Of a DNA stretch of 64,000 nucleotides, positions 10,604-20,841 are shown in pieces. The translations under genes and the position numbers were made by a program. The DNA lies in NCBI GenBank assembly GCA_017532025.1, contig JAFXJX010000053.1, forward strand, positions 38,860 through 102,859, read 5' to 3'. The notes beneath the pieces are model-generated. The model searched no databases. It was given only the letters and a program-made list of their open reading frames with translations, and was not told the origin of the DNA. The number at the start of each line of letters is the position of its first letter. The stretch's first letter is position 1. Source of the stretch: Clostridia bacterium. Its GTDB lineage: Bacteria; Bacillota; Clostridia; Oscillospirales; CAG-272.

Positions 10604-11830
10604 TCAACCTCTGGCAAAACGGTGATATACCTTTTTACCTTTTTTAATAATAATCTCGTTGGTATCAAAATTCGCAGCTGAAACGGTTGCATCGGTTGCG
10701 GACACCTTCTCGCCGCAAAGGGTAACACCGCCCTGCTGAATCAAACGTCTTGCTTCACCCTTAGAAGGTGCAAGCTTGGATTTGATCATCATATCCACGA
10801 CCGAAATAACGCCATCAGTAAAGTCAGCATCTGAAAGTGTTGTGGTAGGCATATCTTCGCTGACTACGCCTGCGGCAAATACCTGACGTGCAGTTGCCAG
10901 TGCCTTATCGGCTTCTTCTGCACCGTGAATCAGCTTGGTTACTTCATACGCCAGCACTTCTTTGGCTTTATTGATATCACTGCCTTCGAGTTTGGCATAT
11001 TCTGCAATCTCCTCAAGTGGAAGGAATGTTAACATTTTCATGCACTTAATGACATCAGCATCAGCAATGTTTCGCCAATATTGGAAGAAATCGTAAGGTG
11101 ATGTTTTTTCTGCGTCAAGCCAAACAGCTCCCTTTTCGGTTTTACCCATTTTCTTACCTTCGCTGTTCAGAAGGAGGTTGAAGGTAAGACCGAATACTTC
11201 TTTGCCTTCCTTGCGACGGCAAAGCGAAACACCGCCGAGAATATTCGACCACTGGTCATCTCCACCGAGTTCAAGAATACAACCGTAATCCTTGTACAAA
11301 CGGTAGAAGTCGTAACCCTGCATCAACATATAGTTAAACTCAAGGAAGGTCAAACCGTTTTCCATTCTCGACTTATAGCATTCAGCAGAAAGCATTCTGC
11401 TGACAGAAAAATGAACACCCACTTCTCGCAAAAAATCAACATAGTTCAAGTTTAGAAGCCAATCGCCGTTGTTAACAAAGTAAGCTTTGTTGTCCGATGT
11501 GTCGATGAACTTTGCCATCTGCTTCTTAAAGCATTCGATGTTATGTGCAATTGTCTCTTTGGTAAGCATCTTACGCATATCGCTTTTGCCGGAAGGGTCA
11601 CCGATCATACCGGTTCCGCCACCAAACAACGCAATCGGAGTGTGACCAGCCTGCTGCATATGCGCCATAATCTTCATTTGAATAAAGTGACCAATATGAA
11701 GACTGTCCGCTGTGGGGTCAAATCCTATATAGAAAGTCACTTTTTGGTTGTCAAGAAGATCCTTAACAACATCTTCATTTGTACACTGCGCGATCAAACC
11801 GCGATCAATAAATTCCTGATAAAGTCCCAT
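10604..11830 (-). CDS. tyrS: tyrosine--tRNA ligase
   Basis: class I motifs LHIGH and KMGKT; C-terminal S4-like domain; 408 aa. Confidence 0.92.
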   Translation of the reverse strand: MGLYQEFIDRGLIAQCTNEDVVKDLLDNQKVTFYIGFDPTADSLHIGHFIQMKIMAHMQQAGHTPIALFGGGTGMIGDPSGKSDMRKMLTKETIAHNIECFKKQMAKFIDTSDNKAYFVNNGDWLLNLNYVDFLREVGVHFSVSRMLSAECYKSRMENGLTFLEFNYMLMQGYDFYRLYKDYGCILELGGDDQWSNILGGVSLCRRKEGKEVFGLTFNLLLNSEGKKMGKTEKGAVWLDAEKTSPYDFFQYWRNIADADVIKCMKMLTFLPLEEIAEYAKLEGSDINKAKEVLAYEVTKLIHGAEEADKALATARQVFAAGVVSEDMPTTTLSDADFTDGVISVVDMMIKSKLAPSKGEARRLIQQGGVTLCGEKVSATDATVSAANFDTNEIIIKKGKKVYHRFARG

Positions 11831-11884
11831 GGGTATCTTACTCCTTTTTATGATAAAAAATTAAAAACATTTTTAAAACCGATT

Positions 11885-13582
11885 TTATGTCAAAGAAACA
11901 TCAGAATGAGCATTCTCTAACATTTCCAAGGCTGTTTCTTTGGTTTTCTCGGTAATACTCACCCCACTGATAATGCGAGCGAGTTCTCCCACTCTGCCCT
12001 CTCGGTTAAGCAAATTAAGTTTTGTTTCAACACGCCCATCAATTTCATCTTTGCATATTTTGAAATGATGATCGGCAACAGCCGCAATCTGCGCCGAATG
12101 GGTAATACAAATAACCTGGGTTGAAAAAGCAAGTTCATGTAGCTTAAGTCCAATCTTCTGCGAAGTTTTCCCGGAAACGCCGGTATCCACTTCGTCAAAA
12201 ATAATGGAAGGAACCGCTTCTGCATCCGCCAAAACACATTTGATTGCCAACATAATACGAGAAAGCTCACCTCCCGAGGCAATCTTAGTCAGAGGCTTCA
12301 TTGGTTCACCGGGATTTGTGGCTATATAAAACTCTACGGCATCATAGCCGTTTAAGGTGAAACTTTCATCGTCTTTTGGCGTAACCGAGACTGAAAAGAG
12401 AACCTTCCCCATATCCAGATATTGCAGTACTTGGCATATCTTTTGAGATAACTCCAGCCCTTTTTCTACACGCCTTCGGTGAAGCGTTTCGGCAAGAGCG
12501 CTAACGTTTTTTTGTTGTTTCTTGATAAATGCAGACAGGGATTCAATTCTCTCATCCGATTCTTCAATTTCAGTCAAAGAAAACTTGGCTTTCTCCAAAA
12601 AGGCAAGCACTTCGGTAATACTTGACCCATATTTTCGCTTCAGCTTGCGAATGATATCCAATCGATCACCAATCTCTTCAAGTTCTTTTTCAGGGTCATC
12701 CAAGTCAGAAGGCATAAACGACGACACCTGTTTAGCAATTTCTTCAATTTCTGACTGAATATCCGAAAGACGTTCAGAAAGTGCCTCTGCTTCAGGAATC
12801 AATTCAGAAAGCTGACTCGTAGATTCTACTGCAAACTCCACAAGTTGCGAAGCAGACATACCCTTGCTGTTTTTATATAGCGCACGGTATGCGGTAAGAA
12901 TGTGCTTGCTCAACTGTTTGGCGTTCTGAATCAGCTTCTTTCGGTTGAGCAGTTCTTCCTCTTCCCCTTCGTGAAGATCGGCGGATTCAATATCTTGGAT
13001 TTGATATAAAAGGAGTTCTCTTAAACGTTCCTTGTCTCTGTCTTTTTCCATAAGACGAAGCACTTCGTTTTCAGCATCACGGTATAAGCGGTATTCTTTT
13101 CCGTAAGCATCCAGAAGCTCGTCATTCTCCGCATAACGGTCAAGATAGGTGATATGGTTCGCCGCGTTCTGCAAAACTTGATTATCATGCTGCCCATGTA
13201 TGTTGATAAGCCCCATACCGCAGTTTCTGGCTACAGTAGCCGAAACCGTGCGACCGTTGATTTTAACGGTTGTCTTCCCTTCAGAAGAAAGGGTTTTAAC
13301 CAAAGTTACCGAACCGTCATCCTCCGGCTCGATATCATAGGTTGCAAGAAAATCAATCATATCTTTTGATAAGTCGGTAAAGAACCCCGAGACAAGAGCT
13401 TTGCTTTCTCCTGTTCGAATCAACTCTCGGTGAGGTTTAGCTCCCAATAAAAAGGCGATGGAATCAATTAAAATCGACTTTCCCGCGCCTGTCTCACCTG
13501 TCAACACGGTAAACCCGCTTGAAAAATCGGCATCCAATTTTTTTATCACAGCAATATTTTCAATATGCAACGATGCTAACAT
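11885..13582 (-). CDS. recN: DNA repair protein RecN
   Basis: SMC-like: Walker A GETGAGKS, long coiled coil, C-terminal ASGGELSR signature; 565 aa. Confidence 0.92.
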   Translation of the reverse strand: MLASLHIENIAVIKKLDADFSSGFTVLTGETGAGKSILIDSIAFLLGAKPHRELIRTGESKALVSGFFTDLSKDMIDFLATYDIEPEDDGSVTLVKTLSSEGKTTVKINGRTVSATVARNCGMGLINIHGQHDNQVLQNAANHITYLDRYAENDELLDAYGKEYRLYRDAENEVLRLMEKDRDKERLRELLLYQIQDIESADLHEGEEEELLNRKKLIQNAKQLSKHILTAYRALYKNSKGMSASQLVEFAVESTSQLSELIPEAEALSERLSDIQSEIEEIAKQVSSFMPSDLDDPEKELEEIGDRLDIIRKLKRKYGSSITEVLAFLEKAKFSLTEIEESDERIESLSAFIKKQQKNVSALAETLHRRRVEKGLELSQKICQVLQYLDMGKVLFSVSVTPKDDESFTLNGYDAVEFYIATNPGEPMKPLTKIASGGELSRIMLAIKCVLADAEAVPSIIFDEVDTGVSGKTSQKIGLKLHELAFSTQVICITHSAQIAAVADHHFKICKDEIDGRVETKLNLLNREGRVGELARIISGVSITEKTKETALEMLENAHSDVSLT

Positions 13583-13614
13583 TCTATCGCCTCCTTTTCT
13601 TTTTAATCTCTCAT

Positions 13615-14082
13615 TTATTCTTCGGAAAAAACGAGTTCAGTAAAAGAAACAATCTTTTTACAGGTATCTTTGGTTTCTTCCGTGGTATGAAGCACAGCAA
13701 TAATGGTATCGTCACCCGCAATGCTTCCAACAATTTCATGTTTGCAAATCGAATCAATCGCAGCAGCGGCTGCGTTTGCCATACCGGGATATGTCTTAAC
13801 AACAAGCAAATTCTGCGCACAGTCAACAGCAGTCACGGTTTCCATCAAAATATTATGATACTTTGCGGTAGCATCGCTGATATCTGTTGTTTTGACAGAA
13901 TATTTATATTTGTTTTTATCAGAAGCCACCTTAACAATGCGAAGCTCCTTGATATCACGTGAAACTGTAGACTGCGTTGCCAAATATCCAAGTTTTTGAA
14001 GCTCTTCGGTCAATTCCTCTTGGGTTTCAATATCTTTTTTGCTGATCAGCGCAATAATGGCATTTTGTCGTTCTTTTTTCAT
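13615..14082 (-). CDS. argR: arginine repressor
   Basis: winged-helix ATQSTVSRDIKEL and C-terminal GSIAGDDTI oligomerisation motif; sits next to recN as in Bacillus. Confidence 0.88.
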   Translation of the reverse strand: MKKERQNAIIALISKKDIETQEELTEELQKLGYLATQSTVSRDIKELRIVKVASDKNKYKYSVKTTDISDATAKYHNILMETVTAVDCAQNLLVVKTYPGMANAAAAAIDSICKHEIVGSIAGDDTIIAVLHTTEETKDTCKKIVSFTELVFSEE

Positions 14083-14104
14083 ATGACACTCCGCAAATCC
14101 AATC

Positions 14105-14950
14105 TTATAAATCCGACATTTTATGGAATAAAACCTGACAAAAACTATTTGTTACCGAAACAAGTTTAGTCACTTTTTGTGAAAGCGAAATCTCCACTCG
14201 GTCGCCCGCCTCCAATATTGTTGTTCTGTCACCGTCAAGTGTCATGCACGAGGTGTTGGGCGAATCATAAATAACAGCCGAAAGAACCGTTCTTTCAGAA
14301 AAAACAATCGGTCTTGCTTTCAAAGAATGTGCGCAAATCGGCGTCACTTCAATAATTCGCAAAGAAGAGTCGATCACCGCACCGCCAGCTGACATGGCAT
14401 AGGCAGTAGAACCGGTAGCAGTTGATGCAATCATGCCGTCTCCTCGGTAAAAATTGATTTTCTCTCCCCCGCAGTAAAGATCAAATTCTATAATACCGTG
14501 ACCGTTCGCTTTGCTGATCACAACGTCGTTCAGCGCAGAGAGATTCTTGAAAATAGCTTTTCCGTTTCGATATAAAGAAACCGAAAGCATGGCGCGTGAT
14601 TCCGTCTTAAAATCAGAAGCCAAAATCTTGGGTAATTCTTCAATATCATTTTTTTCAAGCTGAGCAATATAGCCAAGCCGTCCGAGATTCACAGCAAGAA
14701 TCGGTATGTCGTAAAGAGATGCCATTTCCGCTTCTCTCAAAATTGACCCATCTCCACCCAAAACAACGATTGCCAGAGCGTGCTTATAAAGAGCATTACC
14801 TTTACAATGAAGCACCTTGTCATGCACCTTGGGACATGATTCTTCGCAAACAACGGAAAATCCGTTTTCCACAAGTAACGATGCCGCTTTTCGGGTATAA
14901 GTTAGATCGGGATCTTTTGAAAGATTCGGAATCAAAACAATCTTTTTCAT
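14105..14950 (-). CDS. nadK: NAD+ kinase
   Basis: GGDGS motif (VLGGDGSIL) and NadK C-terminal fold; start ATG 14950 with AAAGGAGA SD. Confidence 0.88.
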   Translation of the reverse strand: MKKIVLIPNLSKDPDLTYTRKAASLLVENGFSVVCEESCPKVHDKVLHCKGNALYKHALAIVVLGGDGSILREAEMASLYDIPILAVNLGRLGYIAQLEKNDIEELPKILASDFKTESRAMLSVSLYRNGKAIFKNLSALNDVVISKANGHGIIEFDLYCGGEKINFYRGDGMIASTATGSTAYAMSAGGAVIDSSLRIIEVTPICAHSLKARPIVFSERTVLSAVIYDSPNTSCMTLDGDRTTILEAGDRVEISLSQKVTKLVSVTNSFCQVLFHKMSDL

Positions 14951-14979
14951 TGTGCATCTCCTTTCTGTAAAAACTATCA

Positions 14980-15708
14980 CTATGAATTACGAATAAAACA
15001 AGCAAGATATTCGGTGTTTCCGTCACCACCCGTAATCGGAGACGGAATCATGCCGCGCAAAGTAAAACCGCAGCTATTTGCCGACATAATCACTTTTTCA
15101 ATGGCATACTGTCTGTGCTTTTCATTTTTCACAATGCCGCCTTTTCCAAGGCGTTCACGGCCCACTTCAAATTGCGGCTTAATCAACGAAACAAAGATAC
15201 CGTTTGGTTTAACAAGTCCTGCAATCACAGAATGAAGAAGTGTCTGTGAAATAAAAGAAAGGTCACAAACCGCAATATCACAAAGCTCTCCAATATCCTC
15301 TAAGGTCAGGTAACGGGCGTTGCAATTCTCCATTGAAACAACGGAATCAAGCGAGGCGAGAGAGGGATCCAACTGATTGCTTCCCGAATCAACAGCATAT
15401 ACCTTGACACAACCGTTCTGTAAAAGACAGTCGGTAAAACCACCTGTGGAAGCGCCAATATCAATCGCCACTTGATTCGTCACATCGATATCAAATGCCG
15501 AAAGTGCCGCTTCCAGCTTGAGTCCGCCTCGACTGACATAACGAAGCTCCTCGCCGCACAGTTCAACATTATCGCACTCATCCACATCGAGAGAGGGTTT
15601 TGTCACACGAACACCGTTCACCAAAACATTTCCCTCCGCAATCATTGACGAAGCGCGTGTGCGACTTTTGGCAAAACCGTTTTCAAATAAATAGCGATCT
15701 ATACGCAT
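14980..15708 (-). CDS. tlyA: TlyA-family rRNA 2'-O-methyltransferase (S4 + FtsJ domains)
   Basis: S4 domain RIDRYLFENGFAKSR; SAM motif DIGASTGGFTD. Confidence 0.85.
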   Translation of the reverse strand: MRIDRYLFENGFAKSRTRASSMIAEGNVLVNGVRVTKPSLDVDECDNVELCGEELRYVSRGGLKLEAALSAFDIDVTNQVAIDIGASTGGFTDCLLQNGCVKVYAVDSGSNQLDPSLASLDSVVSMENCNARYLTLEDIGELCDIAVCDLSFISQTLLHSVIAGLVKPNGIFVSLIKPQFEVGRERLGKGGIVKNEKHRQYAIEKVIMSANSCGFTLRGMIPSPITGGDGNTEYLACFIRNS

Positions 15709-15720
15709 ATCATCCTCTGA

Positions 15721-16599
15721 TTATCGCATTCTGAACAACAGAAAACGAGCGAGCTCATTCAGCTCTTTTTTTCCCTCAAAGAAAGATATCGCGCGAACAC
15801 CTTCGGCTGTTATACCGACAGCTTTGTCAAATGCTTCTTCTGCAGTCATAAACGTAAGAAATGTTGTTTTATTGTTACGCGCATCACTCGTTGTTTTTCC
15901 GGTTTGTTTGTAAGACGCTGTATAGTCTAAAATATCATCCACAATCTGGAATGTAAGCCCAATCGCATCCGCATAGGCGCGCGTGGCATTCATAACTTTT
16001 TCATCGTTGCCTTTTCCTGCTGCAAGAACGCCGAGAATGGCGGCACCTTGAATCAAAGCACCTGTTTTTAAGCGATGCATCTTCACAAGCTTGTCATAAT
16101 CTTTCGGTGCCGATTCATCAAGGTCAATCTCCTGCCCACCTACCATGCCAAATGCACCGGAAGCCTCTGCCAAAATACGAACAGCCTTCAGATTGTCTTC
16201 CGCACTCATCTGATCGTTGCCGGCAATCACTTCAAACGCATATGTCAAAAGCGCATCGCCCGCAAGAATAGCTCTTGCCTCACCAAACACTTTGTGGTTG
16301 GTGAGCTTTCCGCGACGATAATCGTCATTATCCATCGCGGGTAAATCGTCGTGGATCAAAGAATATGTATGCACAAGCTCAACAGCGCAAGCGTAAGGCA
16401 TCGCTTTTTGCATATCGCCACCAAGCAATTCACAAAACAAAAGCGTCAAATACGGACGAATTCGTTTGCCGCCGGCTGAAGCACTGTAACGCATACTGTC
16501 AAGAAGCGGTTTGATATCATTATCATCTTTTTCCAAACGCTTATCAAGTTCTGCATCAATCAGTTCTGCATACTTTTGCAGTTTTTCTTTAGTTAGCAT
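15721..16599 (-). CDS. ispA: farnesyl/geranylgeranyl diphosphate synthase
   Basis: first and second Asp-rich motifs DDLPAMDNDDYRRG and QIVDDILD; start ATG 16599 with AAGGAGG SD. Confidence 0.88.
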   Translation of the reverse strand: MLTKEKLQKYAELIDAELDKRLEKDDNDIKPLLDSMRYSASAGGKRIRPYLTLLFCELLGGDMQKAMPYACAVELVHTYSLIHDDLPAMDNDDYRRGKLTNHKVFGEARAILAGDALLTYAFEVIAGNDQMSAEDNLKAVRILAEASGAFGMVGGQEIDLDESAPKDYDKLVKMHRLKTGALIQGAAILGVLAAGKGNDEKVMNATRAYADAIGLTFQIVDDILDYTASYKQTGKTTSDARNNKTTFLTFMTAEEAFDKAVGITAEGVRAISFFEGKKELNELARFLLFRMR

Positions 16600-16834
16600 T
16601 TTGTCCTCCTTTGGCAAAATCGGTTTCTGCCATACCGCTCGGAGTTTCTGTCAACAATTTGATGCGTGTCTCTGCGGAATCCAGTTTTTCATTGCAAAGC
16701 TTCACAAGGCGAACCCCTTCTTCAAACAAAGCAAGAGAATCATCAAGCGGCGCACTTCCGCTCTCAAGAGCACGAACAATCTGCTCAAGACGTGCAATTG
16801 CATTTTCAAAATTCATTTCATTGGGAGAAGACAT
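16589..16834 (-). CDS. xseB: exodeoxyribonuclease VII small subunit
   Basis: 81 aa with FENAIARLEQIV..LE helix; immediately downstream of xseA. Confidence 0.85.
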   Translation of the reverse strand: MSSPNEMNFENAIARLEQIVRALESGSAPLDDSLALFEEGVRLVKLCNEKLDSAETRIKLLTETPSGMAETDFAKGGQNAN

Positions 16835-16855
16835 ATCTTTTCAAACCTTTCTGCA

Positions 16856-18082
16856 TCAAATGTTGGGTTTGGTTAATGGTTCTGTTTGGGTCACAGTAGC
16901 GCTGATCTTACCATCACTGGTGCGCATAACAACAGTATCACCAATCGAAACATCTTTCATGGACTTTACAAGTGTTCCATCTTCTTGGAACACAGCCGAA
17001 TACCCTCTCAATAAAACCGATAACGGATTCAGAGCCTCAAGCTTCGATGCCGTTTTCTCAAACACGGCGCGCTTATCGGAAAGCAACATTTTCGTTGCAT
17101 TGTCAAACCTTGTCGATTCCATCAAAAGAAGTGTTTTCTTTTCATCGAGTATATAAATGGGGTTGCGCATCACTTTTGATGTCGCAAGCGCATCAAAGCT
17201 TTTACGCTTAACTTGAACCGATGTTTCCAAAAGTGCTGCCATGCGCCCCGTGATATTCCCTATTTTTCGTTTTAATTCTTGAGTTTCCGGAACAGCAAGT
17301 TCTGCCGCCGCAGACGGCGTGGGAGCACGTCTGTCTGCAACAAAATCACAAATTGTAAAATCTGTTTCATGTCCAACTGCCGAAATCACGGGAATATGCG
17401 ATGCGGCAACAGTACGAGCCAGTTGTTCATCATTGAAAGCCCATAAATCTTCAATCGAACCGCCACCTCTGCCAATGATAATCACATCGGCACTGTTTGT
17501 ATCGTTAAAATAACGAAGACCCCGAATCAGTTGCGGTGCAGCACCTTCCCCCTGCACGAGAGAGGGATACAATACAATTTTAGCGTAAGAAAACCGTCTT
17601 GTAATTACATTGATAATGTCTCGAATCGCAGCACCGGTAGGCGATGTAATCACCCCGATGCGTGTTGGAATCTTCGGCAAAGGCTTTTTTCTTTCCTGTC
17701 GAAAAAGACCTTCTGCTTCAAGCTTTTTTTTCAGTTGCTCATACGCAATATACAAAGCGCCCACACCGTCAGGCTCCATGGAATCTGCATAGAAATTGTA
17801 AATGCCGTCGCGTATATACGACGCCACTCTGCCGTGAACGATGACTTTCATTCCGTTTTCGGGGCGAAACATCAGCTTAGATGCAGATGAATGAAACATC
17901 AAGGATCTGACAAGAGAGCTTTCATCCTTCAAAGTAAAATAAAAATGACCCGTTTTATGATGAACAAAGTTGGAAATCTCGCCTTTGAGCCACACACTTG
18001 AAAGAAATTTGTCAGAATCGATCTTAGCTTTGATATATTCATTCAACTGTGTAACAGTCAGAATTGTTTTTTCAGCAACCAT
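16856..18082 (-). CDS. xseA: exodeoxyribonuclease VII large subunit
   Basis: N-terminal OB fold (TVTQLNEYIK), catalytic region IIGRGGGS; start placed at ATG 18082 (longest ORF 18169 would overlap the upstream gene by ~100 nt). Confidence 0.85.
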   Translation of the reverse strand: MVAEKTILTVTQLNEYIKAKIDSDKFLSSVWLKGEISNFVHHKTGHFYFTLKDESSLVRSLMFHSSASKLMFRPENGMKVIVHGRVASYIRDGIYNFYADSMEPDGVGALYIAYEQLKKKLEAEGLFRQERKKPLPKIPTRIGVITSPTGAAIRDIINVITRRFSYAKIVLYPSLVQGEGAAPQLIRGLRYFNDTNSADVIIIGRGGGSIEDLWAFNDEQLARTVAASHIPVISAVGHETDFTICDFVADRRAPTPSAAAELAVPETQELKRKIGNITGRMAALLETSVQVKRKSFDALATSKVMRNPIYILDEKKTLLLMESTRFDNATKMLLSDKRAVFEKTASKLEALNPLSVLLRGYSAVFQEDGTLVKSMKDVSIGDTVVMRTSDGKISATVTQTEPLTKPNI

Positions 18083-19013
18083 GCTCCTTGCGATACCTTT
18101 CTTCGCATAATAAAGCGATTCCTGCCGCATTGTCAGAAGAAAAGGCGCTTTCTGCAAACAATGCGTCAAACTTATTTACTATTTTCTTTTGAATGTATGA
18201 ATTACCGGACACACCGCCCGAAAACAAAACAGGCATTCCTTTTACTTTGTCGGAAAAAGTGTCTATGGCATTTTCAGTCAACTTGGAAAGTGTTTTTTCC
18301 AAACTGGCAAGCACAAAAGCGGCAATTGCTTCATAAGAATGGCCTTTTTTCAGATAATCACTTGCCTTATTCTCAAGCCCTGACAAATTACAGGAAAGAT
18401 CAGTAACCTTTATCATGGGGAAAATCCCCTCCCGTTTCATGGCTTCGAAATCCGCCATACGGTCAAGAGCCGCGCCGCATGGAAAAGCAAGTCCAAGCAA
18501 AACACCGATTCGGTCAATCAATTGTCCCGCGTTGATGTCAAGCGTTCCGCCAACACAAGTAATACTTCCCTTTTCATAAAGAAGAAGTTCGGTTGTTCCG
18601 CCTGAAATATGAAACGCGAGAAATGTTTTATCAACAAGATCATTCCTACCAGCTGAATACAAAGCCGCACGCACATGACCAGCTTGGTGTGAGAATGTGT
18701 ACATAGGAACACCCAGCGTCGTTGACAAAGAAGAAGCAACCGCTTGCCCCGCCAAAAAACATGGCATATATGAACCTTCCACATCTCTCGGTCTTACCGA
18801 TACACCGATTGCGGTATATGTTTTTTCACCAAGTACCGCTATCACTTCCGGCATGTTCTTAACATGAGAAAAAACCGCATCGCTTTGACGCACGCCGCGC
18901 TCACCGACTTTAACAAAAACAGGACACTTGCTGTTACAACCTACAACACCGTCTTCACAAAAAGAAGCGGATGTTGTGTAATTACTGGTGTCAATTCCCA
19001 AAAAAGTCATCAT
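18072..19013 (-). CDS. Kae1/TsaD-like (glycoprotease/ASKHA family) protein
   Basis: GIDTSNYTTS N-terminus and SHQAGH metal-site-like motif; 313 aa; 4-nt overlap with nusB stop. Confidence 0.6.
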   Translation of the reverse strand: MMTFLGIDTSNYTTSASFCEDGVVGCNSKCPVFVKVGERGVRQSDAVFSHVKNMPEVIAVLGEKTYTAIGVSVRPRDVEGSYMPCFLAGQAVASSLSTTLGVPMYTFSHQAGHVRAALYSAGRNDLVDKTFLAFHISGGTTELLLYEKGSITCVGGTLDINAGQLIDRIGVLLGLAFPCGAALDRMADFEAMKREGIFPMIKVTDLSCNLSGLENKASDYLKKGHSYEAIAAFVLASLEKTLSKLTENAIDTFSDKVKGMPVLFSGGVSGNSYIQKKIVNKFDALFAESAFSSDNAAGIALLCEERYRKEHGC

Positions 19014-19417
19014 GCTTTATTCTTAAAACCGGATGCGGTTGCAATGGCATTCAGAATACCGTTAATAAACGTCGGTGCTTGGTCATGGTCGTATTTCTTG
19101 GAAATTTCAATGGCTTCATTGATAGGAACGGTGTACGGAATTTCCGCATAATGCATTTCATATACCGAAATTCTCATAATAGCAAGCGTTGTTCTGGAAA
19201 GTCTTTCAAGTGACCATCCGCGGGCATGAACAGATATTTTCTGATCGATTTCATCCAGGTGTTCATAGATTCCGTGAATCGATTGCAAAATATAAGGATC
19301 ATCAATTTCCCTGTTTTCTTTGGCCTTCAGAATGGTTTCCTCCAATTCTTCAGGCGTATTAAAAGACATTTCGTAAAGCAGAACAAACAACGCCTCTCGG
19401 GCATCTCTTCTTTTCAT
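19010..19417 (-). CDS. nusB: transcription antitermination factor NusB
   Basis: ~135 aa; RRDAREALFVLLYEM N-terminus; start ATG 19417 with AGGAAGG SD. Confidence 0.85.
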   Translation of the reverse strand: MKRRDAREALFVLLYEMSFNTPEELEETILKAKENREIDDPYILQSIHGIYEHLDEIDQKISVHARGWSLERLSRTTLAIMRISVYEMHYAEIPYTVPINEAIEISKKYDHDQAPTFINGILNAIATASGFKNKA

Positions 19418-19634
19418 AAAAACAAGCCTTCCTGTCAAACAATATTACATAGATATACATGATATATTATACATTATTTCTGTCGTTTGTCAATAAGATT
19501 CGCACAGAATCGAGCTACTTTCGTGCGTCTTTTTTATTTTTTGAAAGAGTTGTTAAAAAAGAAAAAGAGGGCTTGAAAAAGTACCCTCGGTTGTGTTATA
19601 ATAGGTATAAAATATCCGCAAAAATAGGAGAATT

Positions 19635-20081
19635 ATGAAAACCGTTTCTTTTATCTTCAAAAAGGTTCTTTACCCCACCTGTGCTATTTTCACAGTTATC
19701 TGGTTTGTTCTTTGTTTGCTTATTGATTCCATACAGAATATTACCAACATCAATCTCACCTCAACCGTTATGTGTTTGGTCTGTGCTTTGATGATCTCGC
19801 TCTGCAATCTGATCTTGGGCTATCAAAAGATGCCTTTCGTCGGTCGCTTTTTCCTGCACATGGTTTTATCTGTTTTTTCCATAAGCGTAACCATTGCAAT
19901 CTTTTCGTCCTTCTTCCCCTCCGCGTATGCTGTGTCTGAAAAGAGCTTTTATTTGGTTCTTTTGTTAGTGGTTGCGTATCTCGTTTTGGCAACACCCTCT
20001 CTGTTGTTGTATCACCACTTTGTTCTTTCCAAAAAAGAAAAGGCAACCGCAGAATACACCCCCATTTTCAAAGCAAAATAA
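19635..20081 (+). CDS. hypothetical 4-TM membrane protein
   Basis: 148-aa ORF with AGGAGA SD 4 nt upstream and four hydrophobic helices; no recognisable family. Confidence 0.6.
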   Translation: MKTVSFIFKKVLYPTCAIFTVIWFVLCLLIDSIQNITNINLTSTVMCLVCALMISLCNLILGYQKMPFVGRFFLHMVLSVFSISVTIAIFSSFFPSAYAVSEKSFYLVLLLVVAYLVLATPSLLLYHHFVLSKKEKATAEYTPIFKAK

Positions 20082-20118
20082 AAAAGGAGCCTTCGCTCCA
20101 AGCGAAAGTTCCTTTTTT
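20081..20118. terminator. bidirectional terminator between convergent genes
   Basis: imperfect ~17-bp stem AAAAAGGAGCCTTCGCT/AGCGAAAGTTCCTTTTTT flanked by A-run and T-run. Confidence 0.6.
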
Positions 20119-20743
20119 ATTTTATCCAAACCACGACACGGTGAATCGGAAAACCTTTTTCCGAAAAGTTCTTCTCGTATTCGGTCATCACATTCCCTGC
20201 GTTGTATTCGCTGTTATGAAGATCATATGTAATATCGGTCTTACGCATACCGACGGCATCAAACTCTTCCAAAGAAAAATCAAACAACAAACGGTTATCT
20301 GTCTTAAAAATAATGTTTCCGTCTTCGGGTAACATTTCACGGTATTTTTCCAAAAAACTGCGGTATGTCAAACGACGTTTTGCATGGCGTGCCTTGGGCC
20401 ACGGATCAGAAAAGTTAAGATAGATTTTTGAAACTTCACCCTTGCGAAATATTTCAGGCAACATATTGGCATTCAGATTCATAAAACGCAGATTGGGGAT
20501 TTCTTGTTCCTTGGCATATTCCAGCGCAGTGATCAAAGCATCTGTGCTGAGTTCCACCGCGATAAAAAATGTTTCGGGATGAAGTGCTGCCATTTGACAG
20601 ATAAAACCACCCTTTCCGCACCCAATCTCAAGTTCACAAGGAAGGCGGTTGGCGTATTGTTCCAACTCATCGCGCGAAGAAATCACATACTCAGAGCAAG
20701 CGGCAAATCTTGCTTCTCCGTTTTTCTTTTTACGCATTCTCAT
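20117..20743 (-). CDS. trmB: tRNA (guanine46-N7)-methyltransferase
   Basis: SAM motif EIGCGKGGF; N-terminus MRMRKKK resembles B. subtilis TrmB; start ATG 20743 rather than TTG 20779. Confidence 0.85.
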   Translation of the reverse strand: MRMRKKKNGEARFAACSEYVISSRDELEQYANRLPCELEIGCGKGGFICQMAALHPETFFIAVELSTDALITALEYAKEQEIPNLRFMNLNANMLPEIFRKGEVSKIYLNFSDPWPKARHAKRRLTYRSFLEKYREMLPEDGNIIFKTDNRLLFDFSLEEFDAVGMRKTDITYDLHNSEYNAGNVMTEYEKNFSEKGFPIHRVVVWIK

Positions 20744-20841
20744 AGGTATTTCCAGCCTTTCAACATCTCTTTTTGTCAAACATTATACCATCTTTTTTTA
20801 TAAATTGCAACACTATATATTTGAAAAGGAGGCGAGCTATC

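Noticed and set aside
11831-11884. Expected T-box leader upstream of tyrS
   Set aside because: Only 54 nt separate the recN stop from the tyrS start. There is no specifier hairpin or T-box sequence, so tyrS appears co-transcribed with recN.
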